A stretch of DNA of 64,000 nt, taken from a virus. Its lineage: Duplodnaviria > Caudoviricetes. The stretch's first letter is position 1. The number at the start of each line of letters is the position of its first letter. The position numbers and the translations under genes are program-made. The stretch spans positions 128,001 through 192,000 of the IMG/VR virus record IMGVR_UViG_3300023213_000432; one strand, given 5' to 3'. The notes beneath the pieces were generated by a model. That model made no database searches. It had not been told where the DNA came from and saw nothing but the letters and a program-made list of their open reading frames with translations. Below, piece after piece: positions 37,727-46,920 of the stretch.

Positions 37727-38677
37727 ATGGAGTTTAGTATGGATTATACATTAGATGTTGTTAGTTCTCATCCTGAGCATCAGGGTAAGACCTTTCGCAA
37801 ATACATAGTAGAGGGTATTGAAACTGTGGGAGTCGCCTATGATGAAAAATTTGAAATTCGTTTTACCAATCATACTTGGCAAAAAGTGCAAGTTAAGATC
37901 ACTTTGGATGGAATCGATGTTTTAACAGGAGAGTTAGCTACTATTGAGCCTACCAAGGATATGTGGGTGGTGCAACCTTATGGAATTTTATCGATTAAAG
38001 CTTGGCCGGAAACAGATCAAGGCGGGGCAGGTTTTGTTTTTACTCATGCCGGTAATAGTGTCGCCGTTCATACTCAAAGCGATTTGACGCATCGAGGAAT
38101 TATTGCAGCTGCGGTTTATGTAGAAGGACATATGGAACCGTTGAAGTTGAACCCTTGGGTACCCTTGGGTACTTCGCCTTATGTGTTGTATACTGGGAAT
38201 AAAATTACTTGGGTTGTTCCTAACACTTGGGTTGTTCCTAACACTTGGACATATTCTAACACTTCGACGTATCCTAACACTTTTACTATTCAAGCGCAAA
38301 ATGCTGCAAGTCTTGCATTTGGTGGTTATGGTGGTGGGGGCAATTGTTCTGCCTCTTTTTCTTGCACTGCGAATGTTCCCAATCCAACTAGCACGCAGGA
38401 TCAACAAAGCTTACCAGCGGTAGGTGCTGGACAATACACTGCGCAACAAATTACTTATTCTGCTGGATTAGTCAAACCAATGTTTTCTCAGATTATTCGA
38501 GTGAGATACCTTTGGTGGTCAGATTTGGCTAACAAGCTGGTTAATCCAACGGCAACCTCATCGCATCCATCAGGATTTCCTTCGGATACCAACGAACGAA
38601 TTAATCTTGGAGCTACTCCTATAATTGGTGAGTCTGATATGGTTACACTTTATTCTCAACCTTTTACTCGTTTTTGA
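37727..38677 (+). CDS. hypothetical protein with low-complexity middle region
   Basis: 316-aa ORF; TGATATAGT 6 nt before the ATG. Confidence 0.65.
   Translation: MEFSMDYTLDVVSSHPEHQGKTFRKYIVEGIETVGVAYDEKFEIRFTNHTWQKVQVKITLDGIDVLTGELATIEPTKDMWVVQPYGILSIKAWPETDQGGAGFVFTHAGNSVAVHTQSDLTHRGIIAAAVYVEGHMEPLKLNPWVPLGTSPYVLYTGNKITWVVPNTWVVPNTWTYSNTSTYPNTFTIQAQNAASLAFGGYGGGGNCSASFSCTANVPNPTSTQDQQSLPAVGAGQYTAQQITYSAGLVKPMFSQIIRVRYLWWSDLANKLVNPTATSSHPSGFPSDTNERINLGATPIIGESDMVTLYSQPFTRF
38210..38281 (+). repeat. four 18-bp tandem repeats (xxxxxxxxxxCTAACACT)
   Basis: Encodes WVVPNT WVVPNT WTYSNT STYPNT. Confidence 0.85.
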
Positions 38678-38705
38678 TTAATTATTTAACAAAGGAATTT
38701 TATTT

Positions 38706-38960
38706 ATGAAAAACTCAGCCACCCAAGCCAAGTTTCCATTCGAAGAAGTAGATCATGTTTTCGGAGCCCTTTTCACCGCATTTCATGTAGAAGAAAGAGA
38801 AGACCCGCACTCCCAGTTTCTGGCGCTTTGGGTGCTTTTCTTGCAATGTGCAGGATGGACAGAAGATGAATATTGGGCAGCGGTAGATGAATTGAACGAC
38901 GAAGAAGCATTAGATGACGAAGAGACATTAGAGACAAACGATAAATCAAAACAGAATTAA
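38706..38960 (+). CDS. small acidic hypothetical protein
   Basis: AAGGA RBS; 84 aa. Confidence 0.6.
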   Translation: MKNSATQAKFPFEEVDHVFGALFTAFHVEEREDPHSQFLALWVLFLQCAGWTEDEYWAAVDELNDEEALDDEETLETNDKSKQN

Positions 38961-38973
38961 ACACAATAGAACG

Positions 38974-39267
38974 ATGCCAATGATGCCAGAAAAGACTATA
39001 GTTTATCTTGTGATAGAAGAAGATCATGATCATATTGATGGTCATTGCCATCATGAAATTATTGGCGGCTTTTTTACTCAGGAAGAGGCGCTGGCGAAAT
39101 GTGCTGAGATGGAGCAAAAACAAAAAGCACGACATGCTTTGACTAATAAATTAAGGCAAGCTAAGAATAGTTTTGATGAAGAAACGAATCGTTTTTTCCT
39201 GTGCCAACTGAAGAGCGAACAGATTGTTATTTCAATTTTGCCACTCAATCTTGTCAATAACCCATGA
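38974..39267 (+). CDS. hypothetical protein; last codons supplied by the IsrB element
   Basis: Reads into GTCAAT at 39253; reconstructed empty site ends ..PLNL-M-I-stop. Confidence 0.55.
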   Translation: MPMMPEKTIVYLVIEEDHDHIDGHCHHEIIGGFFTQEEALAKCAEMEQKQKARHALTNKLRQAKNSFDEETNRFFLCQLKSEQIVISILPLNLVNNP

Positions 39268-39570
39268 CTAAAGTCATGGGCTTGTGCGAAGGATCCTAGT
39301 CAGATTCTTTTGATCAAGACTAAAATATTGTACTAGACAAAGAGAGAAGAAAGGTTATTTAACCAAACAATATTTCAAATAGGCAAATCAGGATCGTTAT
39401 GACGAGACTGGAAAAGATATGCTACTGGATGTTTCGCTAGTCTGTAGCCGCATTTCCGCAAGGAGATGCCAATACCTTATCGATAATTGTAAGGTATTCG
39501 CTGTGTTTTGCTTATGTCGAAGCGAGTTGAACAAGGCACGTAAGTGCAATTTTTGAGGAAATAATAGAAA
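39253..39570 (+). ncRNA. omega-RNA scaffold (guide would be the upstream flank)
   Basis: ~320-nt non-coding, hairpin-rich leader between the element end and isrB, as in OMEGA loci. Confidence 0.7.
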
Positions 39571-40612
39571 TTGGTTCCCGTTATCGATAACCACAAACAA
39601 CCATTAATGCCTTGCTCTGAAAAGAGAGCACGGAGACTTATGGAGAAAGGCAGCGCTATCTCATATTGGCAGAAAGGTATCTTCTGTGTCCGTCTAACCA
39701 GAGAACCTTTTAACCGAAAGACACAACCCATTGCTCTTGGCATTGATCCAGGAAGTAAAAGAGAAGGATATACTATTGCTACTAGAAAGGCAGTAGTTCT
39801 CAATATCACAACTAATACTACAGATTGGGTCAAAGATCATATTGATACTCGAAGACAACTACGAAGAACAAGAAGAACTCGTAAAACCCCCTATCGTTCT
39901 TGTCGAGAAAATAGAGCTACTTTGAGGAAAGATCGAGTTCCTCCTTCCACCAAAGCTAGGTGGAATGCTAAATTGCGAATGGTTAAATTTCTTCTGAAAA
40001 TTATTCCTATTACCATTATCAATGTAGAAGATATTGCCGCTGCCACTAAGAAAGGGCAGGCAAAGTGGAATCTTTCTTTCTCTCCTTTAGAAGTGGGAAA
40101 GGTTTGGTTCTATCAAGAAATAGAAAACCTTGGAGTTCAGCTTCTCAAAACCCAAGGACATCAAACTCAAGAAAAACGAGATCAACGAGGCTTTCAAAAA
40201 TCATATTCCAAGCTTAATTATTCTTGGAATGCTCATAACGTAGATAGCCATGTTCTTGCGGAGATAGCGATGGAAACAGAAATCCTTCCATATTATGGAT
40301 TGTGGAAAGTGGAGTTTTTAGAGTTTCATCGAAGACAACTTCATGTTCAGAATCCAATCAAGAATAATGTTAGAAAACAATATGGCACAACTATTTCTAT
40401 AGGAATGTCAAGAGGATCTGTTGTAAGATATAAAAACAAGTTTTATTATCTTGGTGGAAGTAGCAAAGGTAAAGTTTCAATTCATAGTATTATTACAGGA
40501 AAAAGAGTTAAACAATCCGTCAAAAAGAGAGATATTGACGTCTTATATACACAGAATAGGAGAGTTCAATTCCTCCCACGATTAAAATCGTGGGTCTTCT
40601 TGAACCATTTTC
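39253..40612 (+). mobile_element. IS200/IS605-family OMEGA element carrying isrB
   Basis: Left end GTCAATAACCCATGACTAAAGTCATGGGCTTG; right end CCCACGATTAAAATCGTGGG..CCATTTTC|ATGA; no tnpA. Confidence 0.85.
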
Positions 40613-40647
40613 ATGATTTGAAAAATAAGGATCATATGTATGTCTAA
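39571..40647 (+). CDS. isrB: IsrB RNA-guided nickase (IscB-like, no HNH domain)
   Basis: PLMP motif, RuvC-I GIDPG, Arg-rich bridge helix, RuvC-II VEDI, RuvC-III HNVDS; 358 aa, no HNH or Zn-finger insert. Confidence 0.82.
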   Translation: MVPVIDNHKQPLMPCSEKRARRLMEKGSAISYWQKGIFCVRLTREPFNRKTQPIALGIDPGSKREGYTIATRKAVVLNITTNTTDWVKDHIDTRRQLRRTRRTRKTPYRSCRENRATLRKDRVPPSTKARWNAKLRMVKFLLKIIPITIINVEDIAAATKKGQAKWNLSFSPLEVGKVWFYQEIENLGVQLLKTQGHQTQEKRDQRGFQKSYSKLNYSWNAHNVDSHVLAEIAMETEILPYYGLWKVEFLEFHRRQLHVQNPIKNNVRKQYGTTISIGMSRGSVVRYKNKFYYLGGSSKGKVSIHSIITGKRVKQSVKKRDIDVLYTQNRRVQFLPRLKSWVFLNHFHDLKNKDHMYV

Positions 40648-40870
40648 CTGGATTGATAGTATTAAACAAGACGGATCTTTTTGTTCTCTCATCACTTCTA
40701 CTGGTGGGGCTTGCATCTATCGACTCAGCGATCGAAAGTGGAAATGGGAGGCTCGTTCCAATGCTGTTACCTTTGTGGATGACAATAGTGGTTGCGGTGT
40801 TTGTTTGCTTAAAGATGATGCTAAGCAAGAAGCAGAGGAATGGTTGAGAGCGCACGGAGAAACTTTATGA
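40640..40870 (+). CDS. hypothetical protein
   Basis: 76-aa ORF. Confidence 0.5.
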   Translation: MSNWIDSIKQDGSFCSLITSTGGACIYRLSDRKWKWEARSNAVTFVDDNSGCGVCLLKDDAKQEAEEWLRAHGETL

Positions 40871-41091
40871 TCAAAAAGACTAAGAAATATATTCTGACTA
40901 TTGAGTTCGATACCAAGAAAGCTTGTGAATATTTTATGGAATACCTATGTGAGGCTGGCGAACAGGATTATTGGAAGAGCATGGAGTATGTCGAAGAAAA
41001 GGATACTAGCGACGGTATCACCGCGATCGATTTTGATTATGACTTTAAGAAGGGCAAGATAAAGACTGTTAGTGGAAGACTAGATAAATGA
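40840..41091 (+). CDS. hypothetical protein
   Basis: GGAG RBS before the internal ATG; coupled to the helicase. Confidence 0.55.
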   Translation: MVESARRNFMIKKTKKYILTIEFDTKKACEYFMEYLCEAGEQDYWKSMEYVEEKDTSDGITAIDFDYDFKKGKIKTVSGRLDK

Positions 41092-42581
41092 CCTCCAAGT
41101 TTCCTCCCAAGAAACCTGAGCAATATATTTTTAAACCTGCTCCGAAACACGAGTGGAACAAATGGCAGCAAGCCATCTTTAAAAATGTCAGTAGCGGGAC
41201 TGGACATACCATTATTGAAGCTTATGCTGGTTCTGGGAAAACGACGACGATTATTGAAAGTTTTCGATACATCCCTAGAGGCAAAAAGTCTATCGCACTC
41301 GCATTTAATAAAATTATTCAAGAGGAACTTCAAGCTCGCGCTCCCAACTTTATAGAAAAAAGAACATTTCATTCCATCGGGCTTCAATGTTTGAAACAAC
41401 GGTTCGGAAACATAGAGATCGATGATAACAAAGCGTTTAATATTGTCAAATCAATTTTAGATACGAATACTAATAATGATTTAATTGTCAATCTGTGTGA
41501 TGCTATTGCGTTTTGCAAATACGGATTGTTGGATACGCCAAGTCAAATTGATGATTTGATTGATCGGTTTGGAATTGATGTTTGTGATTTGCCGCGCTCA
41601 AGTTTTATCGAATTAGTTATTAAGGCATTGGGGGAGTGCAAAAGACAAACCAATATAGTTGATTTTAATGATATGTGTTATCTTCCATTCGTCCTTAATC
41701 TTCCATTAGGAAGATTTCATTTAGTTTTTATCGATGAATACCAAGATCTTAACAAAAGTCAGCTGATAATGGCAAAAAAAATGTGTGACCCTAATGGTGG
41801 AAGGATTATTGCGACCGGAGATGCAAATCAAGCGCTTTATTCATGGCGACTATCTGACACATCTGTGATGGATGAAATTAGAAAACAACCCACCACCAAG
41901 ATTCTTACACTTCCTGTTTCTTATCGTTGTCCTAAAAAGATAATCGCCTTAGCTCAACATTGGGTGCCAGACATTACTTGTCCCGATACTGCCATTGAGG
42001 GTGAAGTGCATGACATTTCTCTTAATTCTCTCTACGATAAAGCGACGCCCGGTTGTTTTATTTTGAGTCGTACTAATGCTCCTCTGATCAAGATTTGCAT
42101 GAATTTTATCAGGCTTGAAATTAAAGCTAATATTCGTGGAAGGGATGTTGGAAAATCTCTTACCTATCTCATTCGCAAATCTAAAAAAAAGAAGATGGAT
42201 GCTTTTCTTAAATGGTTAGAAGATTGGAAAAATGAGGAAGCTGATAAACTTCAAAAAAAGAATATCAATCCCGAAAATATTCTTGATCGATATGAATGTT
42301 TAGTTAATATTTGTGAAGAATGCAAAACATTGGATGAAGTAGTCAAAAAAGTGGAAGAGTTGTTCAACGATACCGATGAGAAGAATATCGTGATTATGAG
42401 CACAGTGCATAAGGCGAAAGGACTTGAAAGAGATGATGTTTTTGTGCTTCGATGGACTTTTCGGGAATGGTTGGATGAGAGTTTGCAGTTTGTAGAAAAG
42501 CCTAATGAAGAAATTAATATAGCATATGTCGCCGGATCGAGGACGTGCAAAAGGCTTTTTTTAGTCAATAAGTTCATCTAA
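41088..42581 (+). CDS. UvrD/Rep-like superfamily 1 helicase
   Basis: AYAGSGKTT, FIDEYQD, TGD..QALY.WR, SYRCP, STVHKAKGLE, YVA.SR. Confidence 0.9.
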   Translation: MTSKFPPKKPEQYIFKPAPKHEWNKWQQAIFKNVSSGTGHTIIEAYAGSGKTTTIIESFRYIPRGKKSIALAFNKIIQEELQARAPNFIEKRTFHSIGLQCLKQRFGNIEIDDNKAFNIVKSILDTNTNNDLIVNLCDAIAFCKYGLLDTPSQIDDLIDRFGIDVCDLPRSSFIELVIKALGECKRQTNIVDFNDMCYLPFVLNLPLGRFHLVFIDEYQDLNKSQLIMAKKMCDPNGGRIIATGDANQALYSWRLSDTSVMDEIRKQPTTKILTLPVSYRCPKKIIALAQHWVPDITCPDTAIEGEVHDISLNSLYDKATPGCFILSRTNAPLIKICMNFIRLEIKANIRGRDVGKSLTYLIRKSKKKKMDAFLKWLEDWKNEEADKLQKKNINPENILDRYECLVNICEECKTLDEVVKKVEELFNDTDEKNIVIMSTVHKAKGLERDDVFVLRWTFREWLDESLQFVEKPNEEINIAYVAGSRTCKRLFLVNKFI

Positions 42582-42624
42582 TTAGTCGCCCAATAAAATC
42601 GCATCTTGACGATAAGAACCAAGC

Positions 42625-43920
42625 ATGCTATTACTTCTGCTTTTCAATCCATCGGCTACTGTTTTCAATCCTATTTCACCTCTGCCGGGGCCGGAACCGC
42701 TTCCTCCTAGCGGACCTCGGTTTAGAATGGTGGGACGAGACGAAAACTCTAGTCCCACTCACTTTCGAAGCTGGGTAGTTAATGGTCAGCCCGATTTCCC
42801 CGCCGCTCTTTACGGTGGATTGAAATCCGGCATCAATCCTTTACTAGATGTCAAAGCTTATGAAATTTTCGATCCTACTAGTCCATTTGATTTTAGCCTG
42901 CCAGATGTTCTAAATTGGAACACGACCAAACGGGTGCTTCCTGCTGTTATTTCCAATTCTCAACTTGCCATTATGGATGGTTATGTTTGGTTATTCGGTT
43001 CTCAAAACTCTGCCAAGATTTGGCGAGCCCCTCTTAATAATCCCGCGGATTGGACGGATACTGGGGCTACTTTACCTAAAAACATTTCCGATAGTCAGCT
43101 AGCCGTAATCGATGGCTATGTTTGGCTATTTGGAGGTTTAACGGATGGATACACTGGGAGCGAAACTGATGAAATATTTTCTGCGCCCATTTCCAATCCA
43201 TTATCTTGGACTAATCGAGGTCATGCTCTACCCAAACCACTGTCCGCTTCTCAATTGGTGATCGTGGATGGTTACATGTATATGTTGGGCGGAAGATTGA
43301 ATTCAGGCCCCTATGATGGAATTTGGCAAGCCCCGATTACTAATCCACTAATTTGGACGGATACCGGAAAAAAACTTCCCAACAAGGTGTTCAATTCTCA
43401 AGTATGCATCACTCGTTCTGATGGATATGTTGAACTTCTGGGCGGACAACTTGATGGATATCACTTCACTGATCTTATTTATTATGCTTCCGTTTTCAAT
43501 CCAACTTCTTGGGCTGTTGCTGGAAGATTACCAGCTCAATGTGCGGGCGGACAATTTGCCCAAATAGCCGGTAAGGGATATCTCTTCACGCCTGCCAATA
43601 TTGGCGCTTCTAACACTCGTATTTTTCGGTGTGATTTCGGAACTAATCCTTTTGCTTGGGTGGATGTAGTTAATACTATTCCGGGTGAAATTTCTCAATC
43701 CCAAATAGCGATAATCGATGATAGATTATTTTTATTTGGAGGTTCGGGCAGTAGTGTGATTTTTGCTAGTGACCAAATCATCAAATATCAATTTGCCTCA
43801 CCAGCCGCTTTACAGTATGGATTTATTACTCGCACTCAAGTTTTGGGTATTGGTAATGCTAACAATTTGTTCAAAGTGCTAAGCATGCAACCTTGGAAAA
43901 CCGGATATTTAGATTTTTGA
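42625..43920 (+). CDS. Kelch-like beta-propeller repeat protein
   Basis: Repeats SQL.(I/V).DGY..LFGG...I..API.NP..W...G..LP; N-terminus MLLLLLFNP. Confidence 0.7.
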   Translation: MLLLLLFNPSATVFNPISPLPGPEPLPPSGPRFRMVGRDENSSPTHFRSWVVNGQPDFPAALYGGLKSGINPLLDVKAYEIFDPTSPFDFSLPDVLNWNTTKRVLPAVISNSQLAIMDGYVWLFGSQNSAKIWRAPLNNPADWTDTGATLPKNISDSQLAVIDGYVWLFGGLTDGYTGSETDEIFSAPISNPLSWTNRGHALPKPLSASQLVIVDGYMYMLGGRLNSGPYDGIWQAPITNPLIWTDTGKKLPNKVFNSQVCITRSDGYVELLGGQLDGYHFTDLIYYASVFNPTSWAVAGRLPAQCAGGQFAQIAGKGYLFTPANIGASNTRIFRCDFGTNPFAWVDVVNTIPGEISQSQIAIIDDRLFLFGGSGSSVIFASDQIIKYQFASPAALQYGFITRTQVLGIGNANNLFKVLSMQPWKTGYLDF

Positions 43921-43962
43921 TTTGAACTTGACAATTGTATTTTAATAATTAGGATTAGTAGA

Positions 43963-45183
43963 GTCAATCACCACCAACACAAGGTTGATGGCTTGCCGCT
44001 AACATTACTGTTGCGGCATATGGCTCATTGACCAGAGCCTGCTCCTTGTCTATCAAGGAGAGAAGTTCGCAAGCATTTTGCTTGCTCTGCTTTTCAAGCA
44101 GATAATTGTTTCGGATGTTGATAGCAGCGTTGAGATCTGCATTACTTTTAAATCCACACTTACCACAATTAAACAGAGATCTGTCCCGATTAACTTTCTC
44201 GGTATGTCCACAGTTAGAACATTTTTGGGAAGTATAGCGAGCATCTACTTTAACTATTTGCTTCCCAAGCTCTTCTGCTTTATATACCAAAAATTGTTCT
44301 AATTGGTAGAACGTCCAATTAGCAAGCCAACCGTTTAATACTTTTCCTTTCCTATGTTTTCTGATCCCTGTTAAATCTTCCAAAACGAACACATCATATG
44401 GCAAACTAACTAACCATTTGCTGATGATATGATTAATATTACGGCTGAACCGCATTTCTCGTCCGGAACGCTTTTTGAGAAGCCGTTTCGCAGAGCGAGT
44501 GCCTTTTGCCATAAGTTGTCTTTTCACAAAAAGAAACTTGCGTTTCTGCTTTCTGATCTCCCATGCATTATATTGTTGTCCGTCCGACAACGAGACGACA
44601 TTATATAATCCACGATCCACTCCAATAACTTTGTCTGATTGTTTAGTTGTCGGAGTAGAAGAGGTAAAAGTTAGGTTAGCCTTGAAGCAATTCTGTTGCT
44701 TGTTGAAGCCAATAGTAGCGGACTGAAACTTCCAACCACTGTATTTCTTAAAATAAGAAGGAATGCTAATAAGTTGGCGGATTCGTTTTCCGCTCCAAGA
44801 GAAGGAAAGAAGATTGCCCCGAAGAGAAACGGTATTCTTATTGTAGCGAATAGCGGAGTAGGGTTTTTTGATAGGCTTGAATTTAAACTTAACAGCTTTA
44901 ACCGCTTCCAAAGCCTGATCTCGAACGCTTTGAATAACACAGGATGGAATGTTAGGGAACTCTTGGCGGAGTTAACGAGTTTGGAAAGCCCATTCTACGT
45001 GTCGATTGAAGATATCGGAGCAAGTTTTTAGGTAATCGAGGAAGCCGGCGGGAACTTCAATTTTGATGGGCAGAGTTCGTTGCATTCAAAACATATATGT
45101 CATTATTGATAGATGTTGAAAGAAAAAGAAAGGGGCAGCTATTCTCATAGCACAGGACTATGGATTTCGTTGCCTAAGAGATC
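43963..45183 (-). mobile_element. IS200/IS605-family TnpB element (no tnpA)
   Basis: Right end CAAGCCATCAACCTTGTGTTGGTGGTGATTGAC; left end TCAT|GATCTCTTAGGCAACG with hairpin CATAG/CTATG. Confidence 0.8.
43964..45085 (-). pseudogene. tnpB: TnpB with an in-frame TAA at codon 38
   Basis: MQRTLPIKIEVP..FQTR*LRQEFP.. in frame with ORF 43964..44911, which has GVDRG, VLEDL, CSNCG..CGKC and ADLNAAINI. Confidence 0.85.
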
Positions 45184-45564
45184 ATGAAAGACCAAAAACA
45201 AGACCCAATAGTTTGTTATCTTGTAGTTAGAGAAAGTTTAGGAATGACTATGGGAAAAATGGCGGTTCAATGCTGCCATGGCATTCAATATGTATTGGAA
45301 GGATATTATGGTTGGAAATATACTGGACTTGGAACTAAAAGCGTCGAATTGGTGGATGACTGGATAAAGAGCGGACACCGTAAAGTAGTTCTTAAAGCTG
45401 ATGAAAAAGAATGGAAGCAATTAGAAGAATTGTCAGAAGATCATAAAGTGGTAATAGATGCTGGCCTTACTCAACTGGAACCCGGAACATCAACGGTGAT
45501 CGCATTTTTTCCGATGCGAAAGAGTCAATGTCCTAAAATTATCAAAAGATTGCAAGTATTATGA
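45184..45564 (+). CDS. pth2: peptidyl-tRNA hydrolase, Pth2 family
   Basis: LGMTMGKMAVQCCHG, RKVVLK, VIDAGLTQLEPGTSTV. Confidence 0.88.
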   Translation: MKDQKQDPIVCYLVVRESLGMTMGKMAVQCCHGIQYVLEGYYGWKYTGLGTKSVELVDDWIKSGHRKVVLKADEKEWKQLEELSEDHKVVIDAGLTQLEPGTSTVIAFFPMRKSQCPKIIKRLQVL

Positions 45565-46316
45565 ATAATGATAGTTTGGGCGACCGTATGAAGTGTTTTG
45601 AGGATGCTTACAGAATTAAATTACCTATTCGTATGCCTGTAATATTGAGAGTCGATGGTTGTCATTTTCACTCTTACACTAAAGGATGTCAGCGCCCATT
45701 CGATGAGAAACTCATTGACTGCATGAATGATACCGCTATCTATTTGTGTAAAAACATCCAGGGGGCGCAACTTGCATATGTTCAATCCGATGAAATTTCT
45801 ATCTTATTGAACAACTACAAAACATTAGAAACACAATCTTGGTTTGAAAATAATCTTCAAAAAATGGCCAGCGTTTCTGCTTCAATGGCTGGAGCGATTT
45901 TTACAGCTAATTCTACTAAGATTTTTGGAGAAATCAGAATGGCAACGTTTGATGCTCGTGTTTTTGTTTTGCCCAAAGAAGAAGTCTGTAATTATCTACT
46001 TTGGCGGCAATTAGATAGTTCCCGCAACTCTGTTCAAATGGTAGCCCGCTCTCATTTTTCTCATAAACAATGTGAAAACAAAAACTGTTCTCAACTTCAA
46101 GAGAAACTTTTTCAAGAGAAAGGTATTAATTGGAATGATCTTCCTACGTGGCAGAAACGAGGACGGTGTGTTGTTAAGAAAAACAAAATGAAAGAAAGTG
46201 TTAATACCCAAACAGGAGAAAAAATAATTGCAGAACGTTCCGAATGGGTTATTGATAATAATATTCCGCTCTTTAATCAATCCCGTGAGTATGTGGAAAA
46301 ATATGTCTGTTTTTGA
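45561..46316 (+). CDS. thg1: tRNA(His) guanylyltransferase Thg1
   Basis: LGDRMK.FE, ILRVDG..FH, YVQSDEISI, FDARVF, WRQ.D..RNS. Confidence 0.92.
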   Translation: MNNDSLGDRMKCFEDAYRIKLPIRMPVILRVDGCHFHSYTKGCQRPFDEKLIDCMNDTAIYLCKNIQGAQLAYVQSDEISILLNNYKTLETQSWFENNLQKMASVSASMAGAIFTANSTKIFGEIRMATFDARVFVLPKEEVCNYLLWRQLDSSRNSVQMVARSHFSHKQCENKNCSQLQEKLFQEKGINWNDLPTWQKRGRCVVKKNKMKESVNTQTGEKIIAERSEWVIDNNIPLFNQSREYVEKYVCF

Positions 46317-46392
46317 GAAATCTGTCAAAGATCTGGGATATAGGGACAAGTAAAAGAAAAAATGAACTCTAACCCTCTAACCAAAGGAACTC

Positions 46393-46875
46393 ATGATATT
46401 ATCAAAACTTACTGCTTGGGTATTAGCTGCAGCATTGGTGGCGTCAGGAAATACCACTCCAATGCCTCCCAAATTAGCCCACGGTATCAGCACGATGAGC
46501 TTATCGTTCCCAATTTTCGGTGGGACTGATGGAGCGCAACAAACCGCTGCATTATTGGTGATTTTTGCATGGGGCGAAAGCGGTTATCAAAATCATTTAG
46601 TAGCGGATGATACTTATGGCAAGAAATCGTATGGCGCTTTTATGATCCAAGATTGTGGGCCATATTCTTGTCTGGAGATCATTTCTGATACACAGAAGAG
46701 TTCTTATATGAGCATCGTTTGGCTCGCTAGATCCATGAAATATTGTCCCGAATATCCATTCTGGTTCAGTATATATGCTAGTGGCGGATGTAATAATAGT
46801 GCTGGTAGATTTATCTCCAAAGATCGTTTGCAAAAAGCAAATAATCTAATCAAGATAGTAAAAATAGAAGACTAA
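46393..46875 (+). CDS. secreted lysozyme/transglycosylase-like protein
   Basis: Signal peptide; AWGESGY and SYGAFMI resemble lytic transglycosylase motifs. Confidence 0.45.
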   Translation: MILSKLTAWVLAAALVASGNTTPMPPKLAHGISTMSLSFPIFGGTDGAQQTAALLVIFAWGESGYQNHLVADDTYGKKSYGAFMIQDCGPYSCLEIISDTQKSSYMSIVWLARSMKYCPEYPFWFSIYASGGCNNSAGRFISKDRLQKANNLIKIVKIED

Positions 46876-46885
46876 AATAGTCAAT

Positions 46886-46905
46886 ATTGCTCAGTGCGCT
46901 GAGAC
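46886..46905 (+). repeat. dispersed hairpin motif copy 5
   Basis: ATTG-CTCAG-TGCG-CTGAG-AC. Confidence 0.85.
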
Positions 46906-46920
46906 GAAATAAGAGATTTA

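Noticed and set aside
39571-40647. IscB or Cas9 call
   Set aside because: No HNH domain between RuvC-II and RuvC-III, and the length fits IsrB.
44696-45031. Plus-strand 111-aa ORF as tnpA
   Set aside because: No HUH or catalytic Tyr motif; antisense to tnpB.
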